DNA from: Sphaerodactylus townsendi
Lineage: Eukaryota
Length of the DNA: 64,000 bases
Assembly (NCBI RefSeq): GCF_021028975.2
Contig: NC_059427.1
Span: 7,564,001 to 7,628,000, forward strand
Direction of reading: 5' to 3'
A model generated the notes under the pieces. The model saw only the letters and a list, made by a program, of their open reading frames with translations, was not told the DNA's origin and did no database searches. The position numbers and the translations under genes were made by a program. Numbering within the stretch: position 1 is the stretch's first letter; each line of letters starts with the position of its first letter. This document shows positions 51,575-63,421 of this stretch, piece by piece.

Positions 51575-51704
51575 AGATCCCCAGTTTCCTTTGAGGAGGT
51601 AGCCGTGTTCTTCACAGAGGAGGAATGGGCTTTGCTGGATCCAAGTCACAGAAAACTCTTTTGGAAAGTGATGAAGGAAAATTGTGAGACCGTGACCTCC
51701 CTGG
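51575..51704 (+). CDS. ZNF-4 KRAB-A exon 2
   Basis: 130 bp, TTTCAG|...G|GTAAG, phase 0-1; [37 protein letters not shown]. Confidence 0.9.
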
Positions 51705-53332
51705 GTAAGGATCTTTGTCCTTTTATGGTGATCATGATAGAGAAAGGAGGGGGTGACATCTTCCTTTGAACTTCTTTGATTACAGAGCATACTTCCCTTT
51801 GCCAGAGAGGAAGGTACAGAGCGTTCACAGCCAGGAATCTGACATTACGTGAAAAAGAAAGAATAAAATATATTGATGCTGTAAAGAAAAATGTGTCAGT
51901 GAAGACACATTGGGAGACATGGATGATGTTCAGATGTTCCTGCTAGAAGTCTCTGTGGCTTCTGTTTTCTTCTTTGTTCCTTTCATTTTGATGTGGAGTG
52001 ACTCTCCCACACTCCTTTGTTTGAGTGAGGGAAGTTCACAGTAGGAGGTTTGGAATGGCTTTGCTGATATGACTGCGCCAGAGGAGGTGCCTTAGCCAAG
52101 TATCAGAACTCCAGTTTTGTATCTCAAAAGTCCATGTTCTAATCCATGGCATTTGAAAAGGTTTAGACAAGAGGGTCTTTGCTTGCAAGATTAGGAAAGG
52201 TGCCTGTCAAAGTCCATTCTGAGGGACCACCCTGTGGAGTGAAATCAACCAACCTTGATGTAAATTTGTTGGCAGAATCTTTGTGGAGGGGAAAATGGGC
52301 ATTGAATGTAAAGTATGTGGTATGTGTGGAAAGAGAAACCAGGAGAAGAATGAGGATTTGGGAAACGGAGTTGGTTTTTTTTTTCTAGGGTTGCCAGATA
52401 CTGTCAGCAACCAGTAGGGGTTGTGATGCTTACAAGCAGCATACTGGGGTTTAGGCAAGGCACCTTCAATGCACACTGGAAATGATATAATTGTGTTGCT
52501 GGTGATGTGAAGACACTCTGGTATTTGGGCAAAAACTCTATAGTAGAAACTGTATTTACCATAGAAATTTTGCACAGTACCAGAGTGTCTGTATCACTGG
52601 CGACATGATGGTTCTAATTGAGTTGAATATTGGAAGTGATGTCACCTGCAACACAGGCCTTGTTTGCTGTCAATAAGCATCCCTGCTGGCCCACTGAGGA
52701 AATTTGACCATGTCACCCATATTTCTCTCCTGTTGGGTCCAAAAGCAGCTTACATCATTATATTCTACTCCATTTTATCCTGCCAAGCAGGTCTGGCTGG
52801 AAGGGTATGACTAGTTCTAAGTCTCAGAAGCCTCCATGGGAGAGTCCTGGGTATTCCCAGTTGGGTTCCTTAGATCCTTGTCAGATGCTGTAACCACTGT
52901 ACCATATTGGTTCTGTTATCAAAGGGAAACTGCCTTTGTTTTGTATGATAAAGGGCATTTTCCAGCCTCCTTGTCTGTTCTGTTTCCTGGCTTCTCACAA
53001 ATAAATCTTTGCTTCCATATTCACTAGATACACCTGACCGCTTCCTTTGCCAATCCTATAGCTCACCTCACTCTCAATATTGCCTTCACTCATTGAGTGC
53101 AGTGGCTAGTATTGTTCTTTTCTCCATTTTATTCTCTTCACAATCCTGTGAGATGGGTTTCCTCCCTCTTTCTTTGATCACATATTTCTCCTTTTCCTGA
53201 TGTGTGGTTAAATATTGGGGAGGCCTTTCCAGTCCCTTAGCTCTCATTGATTAAAATATTTTTATCGCTGACTTACCTGCTAGCTGTTGTCTGTACTGTT
53301 TAATTCTTATTTGATTTCTGCCTCTTTTGCAG

Positions 53333-54831
53333 TTGCAGATGTGGGGGAGTTGATGAGTGAGAAGGAATCTTCAAGGAATATTGTGGGGAAAAGCAGCAAT
53401 CTGCAAGTAGAAGCAAAATCTGGGCATCAAATGGTACCAAAACCAGAATGCGCGAAGAAAAATGTTAAAACACATCAGAATAGTACAACATGCTTGAAAA
53501 GGTATAAATGCTTGGACTGTGGAAAGAGCTTCCACAGCATTAGTGTGCTAAAAAGGCATGAAAGGATACATTCAACAGAGAACCCATATAAATGCTTGGC
53601 ATGTGGGAAGTGCTTTTCTCAGAATAGCCGCCTAACTGCGCATCAAAAGGTTCACACAGGGGAGAAGCCATATAAATGCTTGGAGTGTGGAAAATGCTTC
53701 TCTCAGAGTAGCCACCTAATTGTACATAAAAAAGTTCACACAGGGGAAAAGCCATATAAATGCTTGGAGTGTGGAAAGTCCTTTTCTCAGAATTGCTCCC
53801 TGAGAACACATCAAAAGGTTCACACAGGGGAGAAGCCGTATAAATGCTTGGAGTGTGGAAAGTCCTTTTCTCAGAATTGCTCCCTGAGAACACATCAAAA
53901 GGTTCACACAGGGGAGAAACCATATAAATGTTTGGAGTGTGGAAAGTGCTTCTCCTATCGTGGGTATCTAACTGTACATGGAAAGGTTCACAGAGGGGAA
54001 AAGCCATTTAAGTGCTTAGAGTGTGGAAAGTGCTTCTCTTGGAATGCCAGTCTAACTGCACATCAAAAGCTTCACACAGGGAAGAAACCGTATGAGTGCT
54101 TGGAGTGTGGAAAGTCCTTCTCTTACAGCAGCTCCTTAACTGTACATAAAAAGGTTCACAGAGGGGAGAAGCCATATAAATGCCTGGAATGTGGAAAGTG
54201 CTTCTACAGGCATTTCAGACTAAGTGCGCATCAAAAGGTTCACCGAGGGGAGAAGCCACATAAATGCTTGGAGTGCGGAAAGTGCTTCTCTCAGAAAAGT
54301 CGCCTAATTGTACATAAAAAGGTTCACACAGGGGAGAAGCCATATAAATGCTTTGAGTGTGGAAAGTGCTTCTCTCAGAATCGCTCCCTAAAAACACATC
54401 AAAAGGTTCACACAGGGGAGAAGCCACATAAATGCTTGGAGTGTGGAAAGTGCTTCTCTCAGAATCGCTCCCTAAGAATGCATCAAAAAGTTCACACAGG
54501 GGAGAAGCCATATAAATGCTTGGAGTGTGGAAAGTGCTTCTCTCAGAATCGCTCCCTAAGAATACATCTAAAGGTTCACACAGGGGAGAAGCCATATAAA
54601 TGCTTGGAGTGTGGAAAGTGCTTCTCTTGGAATGGCCAACTAACTAGACATCAAAAGGTTCACACGGGTGAGAAGCCATATAAATGCTTGAAGTGTGGAA
54701 AATGCTTTTCTCAGAATTACTTGCTAAGTAGACATCAAAAGGTTCACAGAGGGGAGAAGTCATATGAATTCCTCGGGTGGTTCATTCAGAGTCAACCAAT
54801 TCTCAATGTGATGTTTGTTAGTTCTGTGTAA
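53333..54831 (+). CDS. ZNF-4 terminal exon: 15 intact C2H2 fingers
   Basis: Acceptor TTTTGCAG|TT, phase 1; spliced CDS 1944 nt. Confidence 0.94.
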
Positions 54832-55429
54832 ATTCACAGTACTTTTGTCAATGTAAATTGTAAAATCTTTTAGCCTAATTTCACAGTATTTTCAGTTTTT
54901 TTCATTCTGAGTCAAAGCATTACCTTAAACTATAAGATTCCTGGAGGCAAAGAGCTATCCAATTACCCTGGCTGTTCTAAGTTTTCCAGACTGTGCCTGT
55001 GGTCTGGTAGTTTTTGCTCCTAACATTTCACCCACTTCCAATCACCAATAGCATTGATGAAAACCAGTTAATTATAGAAGTACATGCCTTAGCAAGAGAA
55101 TATTATGGATTAAGAAGGGAGAGATTTAAAGCATCAAAATAAATAAAAAGATGAAAATCTGATATTCTGATATGTAGCTTGCAAGAACTGTGACTAGTAG
55201 CTAATGACAATAATAATATGTTAATGTTTATTTTGTATTAATATATTTGATTATTAGAATTCATTTGTGACTTTATAGAAAATAATTTATAATAACTGTT
55301 TTAGCTCTCTAGCACTTAAAAGTTCGTTAGAACAAATCCATTTTCTCTTTTACCTTATTGCCTCTCTTTTATTTTCTGTTGGTATTGAATTAAAAAAAAC
55401 CAATATATGAATGATAATTGCCTGGTATT

Positions 55430-55712
55430 GAAGCAGTTTCAGAAAAGGAAGAGGTGCTAAAGATCATATTGCAAATTTGCATTGCTTACTGAAGCATACG
55501 AGAGAATTTCAGAAGAAAATCAGGTTATGGATTTCAACAAAGCATTTGACTGAATGGAAAGGAAAACTTTGACCAGTTTTTAAAAAATGGATTTGCCTCA
55601 GTATTTGATTATTTTGCTGTATAACCTGTACTCTGGACAAGAGGCTACTGTAAGGACAGAACATAGAGAAACATAATGGTTTCCAGTTGGCAAATGTGTC
55701 AGATAAGGGTGT
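55430..55712 (+). mobile_element. RTE-clade LINE RT fragment
   Basis: Degenerate FRKGRG..DHIANL...EFQKKI...KAFD...NLYSGQEATVRTE...WFPVGK.VR.GC. Confidence 0.75.
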
Positions 55713-56098
55713 TGTTTTTTTTTCTGGATGGGGCCGGTAGTGATTGAGGTGATCAAGATAATACATCCCAACCATTAGTTTTGTTGCAATATTCAATTAT
55801 TCTGGATTTTTTTTCTCCCCACACAGCCTTGTCTGGATGCTGGGTAGAAGGAATGTTTTGCATCTTTTCTGTGTCAAAACTGAAGGTGATAATAGTTGTT
55901 GGAATGAATGTAGCTGCATTTCAGGGGGAATATACTGTTTTTCCATTTACATGGGTCAATATAACAACTCCTTAGTTAGCAAATTTTCTGCCACCTCCAT
56001 ACTTGCAAAAAAATCCCTCCCACCACCACTACATTTATCTTACTATGGTTCCATAGTTCAAACAAGATTGTCACTACTTGGTATGGCATGCACGATTC

Positions 56099-57647
56099 CT
56101 GCAGCAACTGAGACCCAGTCTCTGTCAGTAACATTTCGAAGCACACCAGGGTTTGTCCAGTAAACTCACACCAACTTATAAAATAGAACTTTATTAGGAA
56201 AGTTTTGGAAAAGGATTAAAACAAGCAGCATACAAAACCTGATCTTCAGACCAGGCAAAACCCTGCATAGGTTGCTGCATAAATTTTCTGTAGTCTCTCA
56301 CCCCCTGCACAGCCAGTGTACTTAGCAAGTCTGCCAGTTCTCCTGAAGTATGTGGCCACAGAATCTGAAGGTAGGCACTGTCAGGTACATCATAACTGCC
56401 GCATGCTGTTTCAAAGAGCATCAGGAAAGCAAGCACATCTTGCTGCACATGGTACCTGGAGAACTTCATCTAGTCCCGTTGAGCTTCAGGCTCCTTTACC
56501 ACCTGTGCCTTTAGTAAGCCCATAGTAGCCTGCTGGCATTGCACAAACCTTTTCAGCATCATCTTCCTGCCCTCCTCTTTGCCTCCTGGTCCCTGTTCTT
56601 TGCTGAATCCAGTTCTACCAGTGTTCCCTTGCTGGTTCTCAGATTCCTTTCCTGCCCTGGGACATTTCCAGGCAACACAGGATCATGTGGGGACCTCACA
56701 GAAGCTGCATCGTTCTCCCCATCTGCTTCTCACCCACTGTAACTGTACAGGTGGGCATTGCTTCCTGTTAAGCCATTACCTGAGCAGAGTTGTCTTTTCC
56801 ACTTACAGAGTTCCTCAAAGAAACTTGAATACTCAGAAGCTCCTCCTCCATATCCAAGATATTTGTTTCAGAGTTTGGAACTGTATCATCTATTTTTGCT
56901 GTCCCAAGCACATTCAACTGTTGCTATTTAGGCCTCGCTGCAGTTGGTTTTACCCTGGTCTCCATCCCTGACTACTTTAAATAACAAACCTGTACACAGT
57001 TAAGCCGAAGCTGCATTCAGTAAAAATTACTTCTGAGTAAACTAGACCAGATCCCGCAGGCTGCCACCATGTAGACATGACACCTAGCCTCTGTCAGTAA
57101 TGTTTCTAAGCATACCAGGGTTTGACCAGTAAACTCACCCAACTTGTATAAAACAAAGCTTTATTAGGAAAGTTCAGGAAGGTGTTTAAAACAAACAGAA
57201 TTCTAGCTTGGCAATAATCGGACACAAGAAAACTTTTTCTTTCGGTATACTCACAGGGTCCTTTACAGCCTAGATAACCTTGAGGTAAGAACAATATTCT
57301 CTCTGGCAGCATAACACAGAGGTAGAAAAGGAATGAGGTGATTTGCTATTACAGTACAGAAGTCTACTAAACACTGGTGACCCCAACTGACCAATCCAGG
57401 GGCTGCCCGGACCAAACTTTCCAGACTTTGAGTGAATGATTCCACCCAACAAGAAGGAGAGGCTGGATGGCCATCTGACAGGAGTGCTTTGGTTGTGTGT
57501 TCCTGCATGGCAGGGGGTTGGACTTGATGGCCCTTGGGGTCTTTTCCAACTCTATGATTCTTTGGATACTTTCTTGATAATTCCCACTGGGTGCCAGGTG
57601 TCCTGCCAAGATAAATCTCTCCTCTGAGAGGATACGATGTCATGACA
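56099..57647 (-). mobile_element. Gypsy (Gmr1-like) LTR retrotransposon relic: LTR, PBS, truncated gag, partial second LTR
   Basis: PBS TGGTGGCAGCCTGCGGGAT (57069-57051, tRNA-Leu-like) abutting the LTR; gag ATG at 56965; capsid-like DVLAFLMLFETAC...DYRKF; LTR-like repeats at 56099-56230 and 57070-57200. Confidence 0.75.
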
Positions 57648-57919
57648 CTGCCACACTACCATAGTTTTAGCCTGTGTTTTCCAGGTTTTAATTAAGAACT
57701 TTTCAGTCAATAGACCCATACAAAATGCAAAATACAAGCCAAGCATCAGATTAACGCACACAGCCAAATAAAACAATAATATTTAACCCCTAAATATCTG
57801 AGTGTTAAAAACAATTGGTGTCTAACAGTCCCTGATTCTTTCTACTAAACACCTCCGCTAAAAATTTGCTACTACCAAGGTGATATGAGGACTCTTATCC
57901 TTTAATAAGAATTATTGTG

Positions 57920-58360
57920 CTAGGCTGGACAGAATTTGTGCTTAACCTTGTCAATAATGGAAGAATCCACCAATGTAACTCACGCACATAGTGTCTGTAA
58001 ATTAAAATAATGTGCAACTGGAATTCAGGCTCATGAATGTTATAAGTGCACAGTCTGTACTGGCACAGAGCCCCTGCATATCTTCCTTGGAGGACTTCAG
58101 ACAGAACGACATATTGGACAATTGTTAAGTTCTTTAAATAATCAGCATAGTAAAAGGACGTAGCTTAACTGATGTTAAAGAAGGAAAGATTGCATATGGA
58201 GTGGGAGTGCATCAGATGAAATACCCCACAATCTTTGTTTAACTGACTTGAGTGCTACATCATCGCACAGTTGGACTAAAAAGGGACAAACAGATTGAAC
58301 TAAGCTGTATGGCCAATTTAGCAGACGCCAATAGCTGGTATCTTCGAGATTCGAGGCAAG
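57920..58360 (-). mobile_element. Old non-LTR retrotransposon C-terminal fragment (RTE-X-like)
   Basis: Translation VLSEVLQGRY...RLCTY...EFQLHIIL resembles the C-terminal zinc-knuckle region. Confidence 0.35.
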
Positions 58361-58559
58361 AGAAGATATTCAGTTGCACCAGGGTGGGTAAATTTGCCTG
58401 TGGAGTATAACCAGGTCAATAAGTCGGCAGGCCTGAATAGAGTAGAGTAATAATGAATGGTTTGAGACCCAGATAGTTAAACAGCCAGGGAAGCACGAAG
58501 AAGTACAGTCTTGGCCTTGCCTCTTTGCCTCATGGTCATCCAAAAGAAACAAAGCCAAG

Positions 58560-58887
58560 ATACTTCTATTCAGATGCTCCCAACAGTGACCTTGCTATCT
58601 ACAGGGTTACCCCAGGCTAGTCTTCATTGTTACTCATAATTTCTATTCAGATGCCCCTCAACTATTGGACTGGTTGCCGCCTTTGTTACTCACAGGCAAG
58701 GTTTCCCACCCACCCTGGATACACTCCAACAGATATATATTCTACCTGCTTTTCCAACATCAGATCTCTGAAGATGCCAGCCACAGATGCAGGCTAAACG
58801 CCGTGAGAATGCTGCTAGAACACGGCCATACAGCCCGGAAACCACACAGCACCCAAGTGATTCCGGCCGTGAAAGCCTTCGACAATA
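58560..58887 (+). mobile_element. Penelope-like element 3' terminus
   Basis: CTGAAGATGCCAGCCACAGATGCAGGC...GCCTTCGACAATA. Confidence 0.75.
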
Positions 58888-59605
58888 GATTGAACTAACT
58901 TACGCATGTCCCTTCACCCAGCCATCAACGATAATCCTAAAATAAGCCAGAGCCTGATGGCACTTAACCCACAAGCAGGGCATGGAACCAACAGTCTCTC
59001 ATTAAGTGTCTGCCTCCCAGCAACAGGCAGTAATAACTCCATGTTGTCTAAACAGGAGAAAAATCTGAATCCAGTAGTACCTTAAAGACCAACAAAAATT
59101 TGCCAGAGTATATGATTTCACGAGTCAAAGCTCACTTCATCTCATCAGATACACTTTGTCTGGACATGGAGGTTCCATTAAGCCAATAGTGGACCTGTCC
59201 CATGGGGGTGGGGGATCTGTCCCTCTTTTTAAAAGCCCTTAAAGTAAATTGCATGGTGTGGCACTGAGTTCTAAACATCACCTTCGACCTTCTTTTCTGT
59301 CTTGAATTTATTTGTGGCAGTAAATAACATGGAATCTAATTTTATTCTTCATATCGTACTATAAATAGCTATTTAGGTGCCAGATTCCGTCACTACTAAA
59401 GCTTTCATGGCGGGAGTTTTAAAAGTAGGTGAGCTACTGGCAACCTGTTAAGGGCAACATTTTCTTTAAACCTGAAGCCAACTCTGTATTTAACAAGCAG
59501 TGGTGGAAAATCCTCGCCAGGTAACGCCTTCCCAGAGAAGGCGACGACGACACTCTTCTTGGTAAACAGCTGCTGAAAGCGGCCGCTAATTGTATTCTAG
59601 GTTAG

Positions 59606-60203
59606 GAATAGAATAGAATAGAATTTTATTGGCCGTGGCGTGACTTGACGGCGAAATTTTGTCTCCGTGCATATGTTTCAGTGTACAAAAGAAAAAATAC
59701 ATTTGCCGCGAATCATAAGGTACAGCACTTTAATGAATGTCACATAGGTCTAAAGCAATCAGAAAAAAAAAAAAAAAAAAAAATCAATCAATAGTGGTAA
59801 TAAAACATAAAATGTAAAATCATAAAAATAAAATGAACGTCAGCAACAGGCTATAGTCTGTACAATTGGGAGGAGGATAATAGGAATGATTTCGGAAGTT
59901 AGTAATTATATAAATAAAATATATAATAAAATGAAGCTCTTTTGACATTATCGAGGGAATTATTGTTTAACAGAGTGATGGCATTCGGGAAAACCGTTCT
60001 TATGCGTCTAGTTGTCTCGCGTGCGCTCTGGCAGCGACGTTTAGGAGGGTAAGAGTTGAAACAGTTTGCGTCCGGTAGATGCGAGGGGTCAGTAAATATT
60101 TTCACCCTTTTGACCCGTGCAGTATACAGGTCCCTCAATGGAAGGCAGGTTAGCAGCAATTGTTTTTTCTGCAGTTCTGATTATTCTCTGAAGTCTGTGT
60201 CGG
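59606..60203 (-). mobile_element. Rex1/Babar LINE 3' fragment
   Basis: ORF 59899-60159 (DLYTARVK..KIFTDPSH...KRR...FPNAITLLN) resembles the Rex1 C-terminus; (CTATT)n tail. Confidence 0.8.
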
Positions 60204-60244
60204 ATGCGGATCCAAATCCGAATCCAGATCTCTTTCGCATTTAG

Positions 60245-60436
60245 ACGAGCTGCGGAAAAGGGGGGGATTCACTCCGATTCCTAGAGAGGCCGGTGGGTGA
60301 AACGCGACCCTAGTGATGTCAAGGGCTAGTCCGGCCTCTTCCTGCGTTGTTCCCTCCCTCCGTTTCCTTTGTCGTGTCAGAAGTTCGGATTTCTAGGAGC
60401 CAGAGAAGTCAGCCCTGGGAGAGAGGCCGCCGAGAC
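60245..60436 (+). promoter_or_regulatory. CpG island / putative first exon of ZNF-5
   Basis: CpG-dense region 60.2-60.95 kb; donor AC|GTGAGT at 60437, upstream of a SCAN exon. Confidence 0.55.
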
Positions 60437-62731
60437 GTGAGTACGAAGATCGGCTCCGTACCCATTTCTCCCCGCCCTTCCTCGCCCTCCTTTCTTGCCT
60501 GCCGCTTCTATCTCGTCTCACGTAAACTAACAAAATCGCAGATTCTTTCCGCTTTCCCATTGCGTGAAAGGCGCGCTCATGCAATAAGCCCCAAACACCC
60601 TTTAATGAGCTGCTGGAAGGTGTCGGCCAGTCCAAGTCCCCGGACTTTGCGGTGCAAAGAAAGGCGGTGGGGCGCCCACTCTATCCATGACGTTTTCCTG
60701 CCGGCTTGCAAGCAGCTTCCCTTCGCTCTGAGCAGGCGGCACCTCTTTAGCGCATACCACGCGGGATAAGAAGCCGCTAGCGCCCTTACCAGCGCCTCAG
60801 CAATTTGGCGGGGTAGACGTTTCGACCGGCACGCCGAGGCTAAAAGCGCAGAGTTCTGACGACGAAGAGGGGTGGTTTTGTTGTTGTTGTTATGCTTCCC
60901 CGAGAGAGGCGGCATAGCAGTTTCCAAAAAGAAATCAGTGTTTTTGGAGTGGGTCGTAAGAACGTGCCCCGAGGTTCTGTGGGTTTTGTTTTTAATAGAT
61001 TAAGGATCTAAGGAACTTTTTTCTTTGTTCCCCGTCACTTTTGTGTCTGTAAAAAGAAAACGGAACGATCGTGCAGTACCGCTGGCTAGTGCTGATGACA
61101 AATGCCCCTGATTTTGCCATTATTTTCTACCTCCTCTCCTTTACCACCCATTTGCTCTTTCCACATCATATGTGGTACCTTTCACCATTTCTTTACCAAC
61201 ATCGCCAACAGAAGAGAGGCTTCTGGCGGCCTTGATTTGCAAAAGAAGCGAGTCATCCTTACATGGGCAGATTCTCCAAAACAGTATGCACCATAGTATT
61301 GCCATTCTCTTAATTCTCACACCCTCTCTGTTCTCCCCATTTCCATACATACCAAGGAGTCGTACAATTCTCTTGGTCTTTCACTACTTGTTCCTCCTTA
61401 GTATGTGACCCCCTCCCATCTTCCTGTATGTTCGTTATAATACAATTTGTTGTCAGAGCAGGAGAAGAAGTTAATATGCATTATCCTATTGCCATGCTCA
61501 ATATACAATCTGGATACAAGCCTGCCCTCAGCCTAGTCATCCAGCAGTCTATCTGAGCTTCTTTTGTTTTTAGAGGATGTGCATTTGTATTATAGGAAGG
61601 GGCATTCTTAGAAGAGGCATTCCTGTTCTTGTAGTGGATGGAATCCTTTTCCAAGATGCCACCTGCAGTTTTTCCCTTCATTCTTGTAGAAAAAAATGCC
61701 TCTTCCAGTGTGTTGTTTCCCAGATGCTGGTGTGACAAGGATTTAGAAGAGGCATTCGCCTTCCTCTGTAACTGAGGATTCTCAAGTTAATGCTTGTGTA
61801 ACCCCTATGTCCAGAATGGGTTGACCCAGAAGGGGTGGAGACTCAAAGCAGCAGAAGGCTGCAAAAAACTGGTGAAGTTGGAGGAAGCGCAAGGCTACAT
61901 CGGGACCTGATTTAATTCTTTTTTGTAGCTCTTAATGCCTTGTTTAAGATAACCGTAAAAGTTGTTAAAACCAGTGGGAAGTGAGAGCTGTTTATTTTGC
62001 CAGAAATGTAAATGTTAGAATTCTATTGTTTCAGGCTAAGCGCGTATGTAGTTGATGGGAGTTCTTTGGGGACCATCATCTGGATCCAGTTCACCATGCT
62101 CTCAAGTCTTCATAAGCCAAACCAATTGCCAGCTAGGCTAATTTTGGACTTTGGCATTATCAGTAGACTGTAAAATATAAGAAGAATAATTCGGTGCCGT
62201 TTCAAAAGCTAATTGCAAATTGTTGATGTTAAACGTTGGAAAAGTGTTATTCGTTACATAAACCATTTTGTTTTAAATTTAGTTCTTTTGTAACTCCTTC
62301 CAAGTCCCGCCCTTACTGGTGAAATCTTTACTACAGATAGAGGTTTCAAGACTTCACATCTGGGTAACTTTGGAAAGGATTTTAAAAATCATTAATTTCC
62401 ATTCATCCTAGATAATCTGATGTTGATCAAATTTTATTTTTGTAAACAATAACTCCCACTATTGGATTGTAGCAACCTTAATAATTTTTATGCCTTTGTT
62501 TGGGGCAAGACTTCAGCCTGTTGGCCCCAGCGATCCCGCTGTAGCTCTCCTGTTCTTAGAAAGTAGTTAGCCTTTTTTCACTTTGAAACACACACCAACT
62601 ACCACGACACGCTGTAATCACTATTATTTGGCGGTGGAGGGAAATGGTTATGATGGCATAAGAAAAGGGAAGCTGAGAAACTGGGCCAGTCAAATCTTCC
62701 ATCTCTGTTAGCGAAACCCAAAGCCTGCGGA

Positions 62732-63421
62732 ATGAAAAATGGATGACTGACTCAGAAGATCCTAAGCTACACTGGCAGGATTGGAAAGAAAGGGGAAAGG
62801 TCCACATGCCTTTCAGTTTGGGATCATGCACGGGGTGCTCGGGTGGGCCCATTCTCAACAAGTCAAACAAGAACACAAAGAGGGATTGTCCCCATTCTCA
62901 GAATCCCAGTTGGAAGACCTGCCAAAGGCCAGGCAATCTCCTCCTTCAGCTCGAGGGAACCCAGAGTTGTTGGATGACACAAAGAGAACCCTGGCACCTG
63001 TCAGGGTACCAGTGGAAGTTGACCAGAGGTCTCGAGAGGAAGGCCCCCATCAGAAAGTCTTGGATGCTGAAAGGGGAGGTTTCAGGGCTGTGAAGGAGGA
63101 GGTTCCCGGCAGAGATGCCCTCAGCAGGGAGACCCACCGCCAGCGCTTCAGGGAGTTCCGTTACCAGGAGGCTGAGGGGCCACTTGCTGAGCCTGTGGTC
63201 AGCTTCAGAGTACTTCCTGCCACCGTGGCTGTGGAAGCCTGGAAAGGTATTCCAAAGAGCAGATCCTGGAGCTTTTGATCCTGGAACAGTTTCTGACCAT
63301 CCTACCACCAGAGCTCCAAAGCTGGGTGATGGAAAATGGCCCTGAGACCTGTGCCCAAGCGGTAGGTCTGGCTGAGGATTTCCTGCAAATACAACAGGAA
63401 GCCAAGAGGCAGGATCAAAAG
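62732..63421 (+). CDS. ZNF-5 SCAN-domain exon, frameshifted in this sequence (assembly error or pseudogene); gene continues beyond the window
   Basis: [15 protein letters not shown] and [26 protein letters not shown]...AVGLAEDFL lie in different frames; donor AAG|GTAAG, phase 0. Confidence 0.75.

Noticed and set aside
59040-59160. Second (Neptune-type) hammerhead-like motif CTGATGA...GAAA on the - strand
   Set aside because: Core is disrupted by a small duplication and substitutions; stems do not close
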